The position numbers and the translations under genes are program-made. 64,000 nucleotides of DNA, from NCBI GenBank assembly GCA_963710755.1, contig CAVQBK010000006.1:128001-192000 (forward strand). Reading direction: 5' to 3'. Below the pieces are notes generated by a model, which did no database searches, was not told the DNA's origin, and saw only the letters and a list, made by a program, of their open reading frames with translations. Source of the stretch: an uncultured bacterium (GTDB taxonomy: Bacteria; Oederibacteriota; JAAXVQ01; JAUVAV01). Positions 1 to 9,200 of this stretch are shown piece by piece. Positions within the stretch are counted from its first letter, which is position 1, and each line of letters starts with the position of its first letter.

Positions 1-342
1 TACTTTGACCACTATGCCATGGTTGGTCAGTTTATCAGCTCGGATAATGACGTATTTGTCGCTACTTTCCTGAAGTTTCAGTTTAAGTTCAGCTTTTAGT
101 TCATCTTCAGAAACTTCCTTGGAATTGACCGCCATTTTATCGTCAGGATCTATGGTGATGGTGATATTTTCTGCTGATTCCCCTTCATCGGTGACGGCCT
201 TGGGCAATTCCACCTCCATGATGGGCTGACTAAACAACGGTGCTGTAACCATGAAAATAATAACCAACACCAGGCACACATCCACCAAAGGCGTTACATT
301 GATATCGGATATGGCTTCATCATTGCTACCGCTTGCACCCAT
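1..342 (-). CDS. exbD: Biopolymer transporter ExbD/TolR family protein, second copy (runs off window start; not in ORF track)
   Basis: Manual translation from ATG at 342: MGASGSNDEAISDINVTPLVDVCLVLVIIFMVTAPL...KYVIIRADKLTNHGIVVKV; contains the ExbD/TolR INVTPLVDV motif with the conserved TM Asp. Confidence 0.9.
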   Translation of the reverse strand, partial: MGASGSNDEAISDINVTPLVDVCLVLVIIFMVTAPLFSQPIMEVELPKAVTDEGESAENITITIDPDDKMAVNSKEVSEDELKAELKLKLQESSDKYVIIRADKLTNHGIVVKV

Positions 343-359
343 TTAACCTGCCTCCAGAA

Positions 360-806
360 TTAACGCTTGTGCCTACCTTTTTTCTTGGCTAGTTTTCCCA
401 TTTTTGGTTTACGCATGATGGACAAGCCTTCCGCCCCGCTTTGTTTGGCAATGTCCAGAACTTGAACCACCAATCCATGCTTGACATCATCATCACTGCT
501 AATCGTCACCACTTTGTTTTTATTTACTTTTAATTTAGCGGTCATCAGCGCCGGCAGCGCTTCAATGGAGACGGCTTTATCATTAAGGTAGATATTATCT
601 TTGGTCAGGCGTACGGCCACGGATTCATTTTGCGAAACTTTTCCTTCCGCGGCGTCAACCTTACTGCTACCGACAATAATCCCCGCTTGCATGGTCAGAG
701 GTGCCGTCACCATAAAGATGATGACCAATACCAAACACACATCGACCAACGGTGTAACATTTATTTCCGAGATGGCATCTTTTCCACCGCCACCGCCCAT
801 ACCCAT
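360..806 (-). CDS. exbD: Biopolymer transporter ExbD/TolR family protein
   Basis: EINVTPLVDVCLVLVIIFMVTAP motif and C-terminal D..VKHGLVVQVLDIAK; start moved from 836 to ATG 806, which follows a GAAGGAGG Shine-Dalgarno. Confidence 0.9.
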   Translation of the reverse strand: MGMGGGGGKDAISEINVTPLVDVCLVLVIIFMVTAPLTMQAGIIVGSSKVDAAEGKVSQNESVAVRLTKDNIYLNDKAVSIEALPALMTAKLKVNKNKVVTISSDDDVKHGLVVQVLDIAKQSGAEGLSIMRKPKMGKLAKKKGRHKR

Positions 807-1059
807 AGTGGTAACGCCTCCTTCTTGTGCTTGCATCCATCAAACCGGCAGCGCCGGAATAAATACTATTTTTCACGCAACCTCGGCAAAATCCACACCT
901 TCATAACGACAGATTATTCTTACTTACGCCTGGTTATCGTCCTTTGTGTAAGTGAATGAACGCCTGTCTATACATAGTTCGGTTAACCTTAATTCCAAAA
1001 CCACGCGCAGTTAACTTTTCAATTGCTGCTAATGCGTCGTCACGTCGTTCACGAAATCC

Positions 1060-1710
1060 TTAAACGGCTTTCCTTTTGCCGGCTTGTACTTCCCTGTTTT
1101 TCAAAATAGTCAAAAAGCGTTTTTGTACGGCTTCCATTTCCGTATTCATGGTCTTGACCTTGCGCATGAAGAAGTTAAAGACCACCACGCAGGGAATGGC
1201 CACGGCCAAGCCTGCCGCCGTGGCGACCAAAGCTTCGGCAATACCTGCCGCCACCACGGTGGGACCGCCTGATCCGGAAGCTGCCAAATCATGAAAGGCT
1301 TTAATAATCCCGACCACCGTCCCAAACAAGCCGATAAAGGGAGATGAACTGCCCAGGGTGCCCAGCACGCCCAAATATCTTTCCAATTTGACATGTTCCT
1401 CTTCCCGGGTAGCTGTCATCAATTCATCCAACTGGTGATAATCGAGTTCGCGGTTTAATAGGCCGACGCGAAGTACAGCGGCAACACCACTGCGATCGCG
1501 TTCACAAGCCGCAATGGCTTCCTGATAATTTTCATTTTCCAAAGACATTTTTATCCGGGATAAAAACCGGGTGGAATCCACCCTGGCGCGACGGTAAAAA
1601 AGAAACCGCTCCACCATGAAAGCCACGGCTAGAATGGAACATACCGATAGAATCATGAGGGTAAACGAACTTTTAAAAATTTCTACAAAATCCAGATTTC
1701 CGAGATCCAT
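1060..1710 (-). CDS. exbB: MotA/TolQ/ExbB proton channel family protein
   Basis: Three TM segments; SPFIGLFGTVVGII and GIAEALVATAAGLAVAIP signature motifs. Confidence 0.93.
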   Translation of the reverse strand: MDLGNLDFVEIFKSSFTLMILSVCSILAVAFMVERFLFYRRARVDSTRFLSRIKMSLENENYQEAIAACERDRSGVAAVLRVGLLNRELDYHQLDELMTATREEEHVKLERYLGVLGTLGSSSPFIGLFGTVVGIIKAFHDLAASGSGGPTVVAAGIAEALVATAAGLAVAIPCVVVFNFFMRKVKTMNTEMEAVQKRFLTILKNREVQAGKRKAV

Positions 1711-1730
1711 GTGTGACGCCCCCTTGCTTA

Positions 1731-4700
1731 TTATTTCTTTTTGGATTTTTTACTATTTTTTTTCTTACTGCTGCTTTTTTGGGTAGCTTTTGTTGGTTTG
1801 TTTTTTTGAGCAGCCGCTGTGGTTTTTGGTGCTTTATGTTTCATAAAGTCATCCACCTCGGCAGCATGCTCCGCTCTAATCACCGCCATTCTGGCTTTGG
1901 CCGCTTGTTGCCATTGGGGTTGTGCCCCGGAGCTGGCCAAATCCTGATAAACATCAAAGGCCGGGCCCCATTTTTCCAATTCCTCATACAGGCTGCCAAG
2001 TTTGGCCAAACCTGTCAATCGATAAATATCATTAGCCGGTCTGATGGAACGCACATCCTCCAGGGCCTTGGCCGCATTTTCTTTGTCCTCCATATTCATG
2101 TAGGCATCCGCAATGGAGTAAAGAATCTCATTTTTCTGATCCGCAAAATCCTTGTTACCTACCATTTCCCGGTAAATTTTAATGGCCGATGGATATCGTT
2201 TCTCGTCACGATAAGTATTGGCGATCTGCAACAAGGATTCTTTGGCCTTGGGATCGTCGGGAAATTTTTTATAGAATTCGGTATATTTTTCGATGGCCTG
2301 ACGCCATTTTTTCATTTTTTTATAACACAAGGCGATGTTATACAGAGCATTGGGCGCATAATCCGTTTTGGCGTGAAGATCCACAATTTCCTGGTAAACC
2401 TCGATGGCCTTATCATATTCTTCCTTGGCAAAGTAACCTGTGGCCAGACGAAAACGCACATCCACCACCAGCTCATGATCAGGGAAGTTACGGATGAACG
2501 CCTGATAGCTGCGCAAGGCTTTGTCCTTGTCTCCGGCGGTATCATCACAAATAGCAATATAATATTGGGCATTAGGCAGCAGAGAACTTTCAGGATAATC
2601 GGCAATCAGTTGCTGAAATGCTGCCACGCATTGTTTTAAATTTTTCTCCTGATAATAAATTTCACCGACGCGGTAAAGCGCGTCAATGGCCAGGCGGCTA
2701 TTGGGAAAGTTGGTTACAAATTCCATCAGCTGGGGCACGGCATCAGCACTGGCGCCTTTGCGGTAATAGCTGAGTTGAATGCCCTCGATCGCTTCCTTGA
2801 CTTTGGGATCTTCCGGATATTCGTTAATGAATTTCTTGTAAGCCGCGATAGCCTTGTCATCCATTTTTGCATTGTAATAACATTGGGCCACATGGAGCTG
2901 GATTTCCTTGCGGTAGGGATTTTCCTCTTCCGGCCATTGTTTCAGCATTTCATATGCCGCAATGGCTTTGTCATACTGCTGAGCTTTAAAGAACGTGTCG
3001 GCCATCTTATAGGCTGCTTCCGGCGCTTTCTCACTTTGCTTGTAATAAGTGACCACTCTATTCCAAGCATCAATAGCATTTGCATAGTATTCCAATTGAT
3101 AATAAGCCTGGCCGGCGTAGAAATAAGCATCGCCGGCTTCTTTCATTTTGGGGTTGCCTCGGGCAAATTCTTCATATTTGACTATGGCGTCTTCATATTT
3201 GCGGTTGTTGAACAGGCTGTGAGCTTCCATGAGGGTCGCATAAGTTACCAATTTTGGTTCAACGTCTTCCGCGCCAGCCAAGTCCTTAGCCGTGCGTTTA
3301 GCTTTGTTGTAATCGCCTAATTCAAAATAACTGTAACTCAATCCCAGCTTGGCCCAATTGAGTACGGGAGAATCGGAAAAATTATCGGTGATTTTTTTGT
3401 ACTGATCGGCGGCTTGAGAGAACATGCCCATATGGTAATAGGCTTCGGCCAAATAAAAATAGGACAATGAACGCCAGATACTTTTAGATGGCGGGAAATT
3501 GGCGGCCAACACTTTTAAAATATAATGGGTAGTGGAAATTAATTGTTCATATTGTTTGGGAATATAATAGGCCATCTGCAAAGCCGCCAAGGCAGCGTCG
3601 GAAACATCAGAATATTTGTATTTCATCAAGATATTTTGGTATATGGGTATGGCCTGTACATAAATCTCCTGCTTGAAGTAACTGTTGGCGAGTAAATAGG
3701 TGGCCAACTGAACATTTTCATGAACCGGATAGGTGGAAAGGAATTGCTTGAAGGTGTTTAAGGCTTCTTTGGACTTATTGGTCCGGAGCATGACCCAGCC
3801 CGATTTAAATTTCGCACTGCCCGCCACATAGGTATTGGGGAATTGCTGGCCCACTTTGGTATAAACGGCAATGGCTTCTTCATAGCGCTTCAGATTTCTC
3901 AGACATTCCCCTTTCAGATACATGGCATTGGCCATGATATCCGAGTCCTGACCGCCGGCATTGAGCAGTTTCTCAAAATCAACCAGTGCTTTTTCAAATG
4001 CCTCCTGGCGTATTTCCGAGACCCCCAGTTTATAGAGTGCATAGGTGCGGTATTTAGATTGAGGATATTTCTTTAAAAAAGTGTTGAATTCCGTGACTGC
4101 AACCGGATAGTTTTCACCTTTGTAGTAGGAATCAGCTTTATTAAATGCGGCATCCAGGGCATAGATAGAATCGGGAAAATTTTCAACCACTTTTTTATAA
4201 CTGGCCGCAGCAGGCAGGAAACGATTTAACTTGTCCAGACATTGTCCAACATAGTACGTGGCCATATCGCCATCAATGCTTTGGAAATACTGAAGAGCCT
4301 GGGCATATTGCTTATTGTGATAGTAAACCAGCCCTAATGGCATTTTTACTTTTTTCTCTTTTCGGTAATAGGGATAGCGCTCGGTCAGTTCCCCGATTTT
4401 AGCGGAAGCTTCCCGCCATTTCTTCAGGGCAATATAACTTAATATCTGGCCGTATAAGGCTTCAGCACGGTAAAAGGTGCCCGAATATTTCTGCAGAAGC
4501 TCCGTCCATTTGGCGATCGCCGTTTTATATTCCTTTTGATTGTAATAACATTCCCCGATACGATAAAAGGCGGAATCAGAAAACAATTCCCGCGGGTATT
4601 TCTTGCCAAATTCTTCAAAGGCATTGGCTGCTTTATTATAAAATCCCTGCTGGTAGAGCGTTTCTCCCACCATGTAGGCAGCCCTGGCAGCTTCCGGCAA

Positions 4701-4910
4701 ACGGTTGAATTTGTTGGCAAAATCCTTCCATTCCTTGGTCAGCTCTTCATTTTTAATATCCACCACCGTGCCGTCAAAAAGCTGCTGCCAACTTTCTTCC
4801 GCTTGTTTTACCAACTCCTGATCATCAGCCCGCACCGCCTGTACCATCACGGATGAAAAAATCGCCATACTTACCAGGATAGTAAAGAAGCCTTTTCCTT
4901 TACTTGACAT
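1731..4910 (-). CDS. Large periplasmic tetratricopeptide-repeat protein (CpoB/BamD-like repeat pairs) with Lys-rich tail
   Basis: Signal peptide from probable ATG 4910 (MSSKGKGFF...AVRA); many A.Y..G..YY....Y..A...F......YP repeats; ORF track extends to 4967. Confidence 0.85.
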   Translation of the reverse strand: MSSKGKGFFTILVSMAIFSSVMVQAVRADDQELVKQAEESWQQLFDGTVVDIKNEELTKEWKDFANKFNRLPEAARAAYMVGETLYQQGFYNKAANAFEEFGKKYPRELFSDSAFYRIGECYYNQKEYKTAIAKWTELLQKYSGTFYRAEALYGQILSYIALKKWREASAKIGELTERYPYYRKEKKVKMPLGLVYYHNKQYAQALQYFQSIDGDMATYYVGQCLDKLNRFLPAAASYKKVVENFPDSIYALDAAFNKADSYYKGENYPVAVTEFNTFLKKYPQSKYRTYALYKLGVSEIRQEAFEKALVDFEKLLNAGGQDSDIMANAMYLKGECLRNLKRYEEAIAVYTKVGQQFPNTYVAGSAKFKSGWVMLRTNKSKEALNTFKQFLSTYPVHENVQLATYLLANSYFKQEIYVQAIPIYQNILMKYKYSDVSDAALAALQMAYYIPKQYEQLISTTHYILKVLAANFPPSKSIWRSLSYFYLAEAYYHMGMFSQAADQYKKITDNFSDSPVLNWAKLGLSYSYFELGDYNKAKRTAKDLAGAEDVEPKLVTYATLMEAHSLFNNRKYEDAIVKYEEFARGNPKMKEAGDAYFYAGQAYYQLEYYANAIDAWNRVVTYYKQSEKAPEAAYKMADTFFKAQQYDKAIAAYEMLKQWPEEENPYRKEIQLHVAQCYYNAKMDDKAIAAYKKFINEYPEDPKVKEAIEGIQLSYYRKGASADAVPQLMEFVTNFPNSRLAIDALYRVGEIYYQEKNLKQCVAAFQQLIADYPESSLLPNAQYYIAICDDTAGDKDKALRSYQAFIRNFPDHELVVDVRFRLATGYFAKEEYDKAIEVYQEIVDLHAKTDYAPNALYNIALCYKKMKKWRQAIEKYTEFYKKFPDDPKAKESLLQIANTYRDEKRYPSAIKIYREMVGNKDFADQKNEILYSIADAYMNMEDKENAAKALEDVRSIRPANDIYRLTGLAKLGSLYEELEKWGPAFDVYQDLASSGAQPQWQQAAKARMAVIRAEHAAEVDDFMKHKAPKTTAAAQKNKPTKATQKSSSKKKNSKKSKKK

Positions 4911-4963
4911 GGTATACCCCTTTTGATTGTAATGATTTACTATTGTTCCGGGAAAGAGCCTGA

Positions 4964-6214
4964 TCAATCCAAAGACAACCCTGTATCCCCACCCAGAGGC
5001 ACTGCGCTCTGTATTTTCACTGTTTCAATGTTGGATTTGATCACCTTGCCGTTACTATCGGTGGTGATTAATTGAGCCGAAAAATTTCCATCAGGAGCCG
5101 GTAATCCACGATCATCCTTACCGGTCCATACAATCTGGTTTGGCGGATTTTCTTCGCCGGACCAGGATTTTACAATATCGCCATTTTGATCTTTAATATT
5201 AAATTCCCAATCACGAATAGGATACTTTGACACCGCCGTAAGGGCAAAGGTGGTGGTTTTTTTGATACCCACAGGAGAAAATATTTTCGGATTGGCCTTG
5301 ACCGTAATTTCAAATCCACCAAAAGAGTAACCTGCTGAAATCTTGTGAGAAATTCCCAAAGGTTCAATCCCGGCAGCATAATCAAGGGTAATATTCATGT
5401 ATTTGGCGCCCACGCCTGCCGAGACCCGCATTTCATCATCCAGCCCGGCCCGGACAAAAGCCATGTCCTCATACACATCCAATTCACCGCCGACCTTCCA
5501 TTTGATCGAAGGCTGGGGGCCAAAAGATTTACTCACATCCACATCCAGAAGTAAATCGTCATTGAACAGCATACCCCCAATGCCCAGGACAGCCTTGCCG
5601 AAGTAGGTATCGCCCAACACTTGTGGGGTCAGAGCATTTTGCAGGTATAGGCCAATCTGCATTTCCGGTATGGGCCGGTAAGTCCCACCCACATCAATAC
5701 CCACACCCGTGCCGGTATGACCAAAGAAGTTGTCATAGGCCACTTTAACACTGGCACCGGCGGAAATATTAGACATCAAATCGCGGGCATAACTTAGATA
5801 GAAAGACCCTTGCATCATGGAACTGGAAAAATCGCTGCTGACGTTATAATTTTCATCACGAACATCGAAGCCGGGGGACGTCAAGGCGATAATCCCCACC
5901 CCGATATTACCCACTTCCCTAATCGGCATGGCAAACCCCAGGAAGTCAAACATGGTGTTTTCAAACAAAATGACATGCTGCACGCCGATCTGGATTGGAT
6001 TTTGATTAGCCAAGCCGGCAGGATTATAAAAAATAGCGCTTACATCATCGGCCAACCCGGCCATAGCACCGGCCATACCGGATGCTCTGGCACCAATATC
6101 ATAACTCTGATATTCCCCGGGCAGACCGCTGTCGCCGGTGACGGCTGCAGCCGGTGTACTCCAAGGAATTAATGTCATCATTGCCAAACAGACCATCAAG
6201 AGCATTTTTTTCAT
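4964..6214 (-). CDS. PorV/PorQ-like outer-membrane beta-barrel with C-terminal FlgD-Ig-like domain
   Basis: Signal peptide; GARASGMAGA...DDVSAIFYNPAGLA N-terminal motif; LDYA...LGISHKIS barrel end; then PKIFSP...IVWTGKDDRGLPAPDGNF. Confidence 0.8.
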   Translation of the reverse strand: MKKMLLMVCLAMMTLIPWSTPAAAVTGDSGLPGEYQSYDIGARASGMAGAMAGLADDVSAIFYNPAGLANQNPIQIGVQHVILFENTMFDFLGFAMPIREVGNIGVGIIALTSPGFDVRDENYNVSSDFSSSMMQGSFYLSYARDLMSNISAGASVKVAYDNFFGHTGTGVGIDVGGTYRPIPEMQIGLYLQNALTPQVLGDTYFGKAVLGIGGMLFNDDLLLDVDVSKSFGPQPSIKWKVGGELDVYEDMAFVRAGLDDEMRVSAGVGAKYMNITLDYAAGIEPLGISHKISAGYSFGGFEITVKANPKIFSPVGIKKTTTFALTAVSKYPIRDWEFNIKDQNGDIVKSWSGEENPPNQIVWTGKDDRGLPAPDGNFSAQLITTDSNGKVIKSNIETVKIQSAVPLGGDTGLSLD

Positions 6215-6293
6215 CAGTTGGTCACCTGCTTTCTTGACGATTAATATTTTTTAACACCATCCTAAACTTCTTTATCCTTTTGCGTCGGGAAAA

Positions 6294-9200
6294 TTAATTC
6301 CCTTTATAAACACCCAGTTTAAAGCGTTTGCGTTCCTTGCCATTGACCTTGACGAGCACGATATAGCCGCCGTTGGCGATGGTAACACCACTATCGTTTT
6401 TGCCCAACCAGCTCACTGAGTTGACGCCTCGTTTGGCTCCAGGCTGATCGGAGGGGATGGATTTGGTCCATACCAGATTACCCAACAAGGTGTAGATTTC
6501 AATCTTCACGTCAGCCGGTTCGTCCAGCTTGTAATCAATGTGCGCAACCTGACCCAGGAGAGGATTGAAGGGGTTGGGATAGACGCCGCCTTCGCCCGTG
6601 ACCGTCACATTCATGGTCAGTATTCCCGTGGCGCTGCCCGCATGGGCGGTAATGGTATGTTGCAAGTTTTCCGCCCGGGCGATAAAGGTCGTTTGTGCCG
6701 TGCCATTGGTGGAGTTGGTTGCGGTCTGGGTCAAGCTCAACGTACTGGTCGTGGCACCATTGGCCGTCAGGTCAAAAGTAACCGGTGAATCAACGACATA
6801 GTTATTATTCACATCCAGCACCTGGGCATAGATAGGCACGTTGTGGTTGGCCTCGACTTGATAAGTGGTGCCTTCCACTAAATTATCGGGATCACTGGAC
6901 ATCAGGATCCGTGATGGTGCCGAAGCGCTAACATCAATGCGCGGCGAATAACCTGGAGCCACTGGATAAAGATCCCCGGCATCAAGATCATGAGCCCGTA
7001 TGTAAATCGTCTGGGCCACGTCATAGGTCTCATTGGGAATGTCGCAGACACCATTCAGGATTTGACTTGTATTGATGGACAAGTTTCCGGAAGCCGGTGT
7101 CAGCGGAGAAATGCTGCTGTAAACATCGAGTACAAATTGTTTGGTTAGCGAAACAATCTGATGGAGCGTGTCATGGACCACTTCCACCCTCACATTAAAG
7201 GTACTGGGATGGGCTTCCACCAAAACAGTTTGGTTATCCGACACGCGGATGCCATTAATAACCAATTCATAATGGAACAAGCCTGTCTGAGATATCTGAA
7301 GATAAGCGACCGTTTTAGATTCAGCACCATCGATAATACTGCCATTGGTCAGGTCATAAGGGGTCAATGTCCTCAAGCCATTGCTACGCAATTGGGCATT
7401 GAACCAGGCCCGGCCGCCACTTAAGGTATCATTCAGGAACGCCCCGGAATTGGGTTCCGCTCCGCTATTGGGATCATCAGAACGTAGTTCAATGGAATTA
7501 GTCGGCGCGCTGCTGCCTACAAAGTTACCGAACAAGTCCACCGCCTGAACCGTGACGGCAAAGTAAATCCCTTCCACTTCAATGTTACCCTCATAAGTAG
7601 TGCCGGTTAGGCCTGAAACACCGCTATACCAACTATTAGCCGGCAGACCCTGCACAGCCCCGGTGGCCAGGCCGGAATTACCGCTGCCTTCCACGGCGGT
7701 CAAGCCGGGCACCAATATCTGAAGTCCATAATAAGCACCGGGATTAACGGTAATATTGGGCGTCGTTCCATCCGTCGCTGTCACGGTCGTCGGACTAAAA
7801 GTAATGGTTTGCGTTCCCTTGGTATGGAATCTGAAGGTATTGGTAAAGTCCGCATAACCATTGATATTATCCACCTGTTTATTGATCGGTGGCGGTGAGT
7901 AAGGGTCGGATGTATCAAGGGACACATTAAAAGACGGCGTGCCCTTCACAATATTGCCGTAGATGTCGCAGGTATAGGCCCGCAGGGCCGAAGCATGAAT
8001 CCCGGCTGTTTCCGCCGAAGGATTACCGAAGTTGTTAAATACATTTACTGACGCAGGTGGCGGTGTGGAAGGATAAAGCGCGCCCGTGGGATCCACATAA
8101 GTACCACCGGCACCCAAATCATCGGGAATACTCATGCCTGTGGTATAGGCCACCACCCGGGCAAAAGAATTATTAAGGACATTGAAATTTTGGGATACGC
8201 CGGTACGGCCTCCGGCGCCAAAATCATAAGCCGCGGTCAGAAATTCCCCGCCACCGGTAACCTTTTTGTATACATAAATCCAGGGATAGGAAATACCTTC
8301 GGTCCACTTGGTAGCATCAAGCGTACCCATTTTGGTAGGCCACATGCTCTTATTGCTGATATCCGTATTGGCGCTCAAATTAACACTGGTATAGGTCCCA
8401 AAGGCCACGCCGCCATTGAGTGAGTTGAGGGTGTTGCCGTAACAATCCACAGCTGCCACGGTGACGGCAAAGGGTGCACCCGCTACCGCTGCACCGCTGC
8501 TGAAAGCGGCCTGGCTGGTATTGATGATAAAGTTAAACCTTCTGGTCCTGCTGTCATAAGGTGAAACAATATCCAGATTGGCTGCCGCATGTTTGACGGG
8601 CACGGCGTTTTTATTGGTGCCAAGAACATAAGTGGTATAGCCGCCTAAATTCACACCGATCTGCTGGCCTGTACTGCCATTAACCTTGTAGAGCACAAAG
8701 CTGTTGTTGGCTTGATAAACACCATTGCTCAGATTCACGGACAAGGTACCACCGCTGAATTGACCCACCCCCAGGATTTGAGCCGGGAAAGGATCAGTAC
8801 AGGTAATGGTGATGACTTTATTGGCATCTTGCGCAGGCGTGGTGACGGTGTTCCAGTAGTCATCGCAGAGATAGAAATCTATCTTGGTAATGGGGCTACC
8901 GGCAATCTGGATCGCCGGCTGGCCCTGGATGGATAACTCGCCTGTGGGGTCCACGTCAGGATTGAGGCCATTGAATAATTCCATGCCCCCTTCTTCCACA
9001 ATCAGCATTTTGGTGGGCACATTATGGCAAATCCTAATGGTGGCTGAGTTGTTCTGGGTCGACCCCAAAGATACGGTAATATTATTGTTTTCAGTAGGTG
9101 TCCGGTTGGCCCTGAACACGGTGACTTGCCCATTCCACACGCCGTTGGTAAAGGTAATGGAGGTGGGACGAATGACCTTCATGGTGGGACTGTGATCAAG

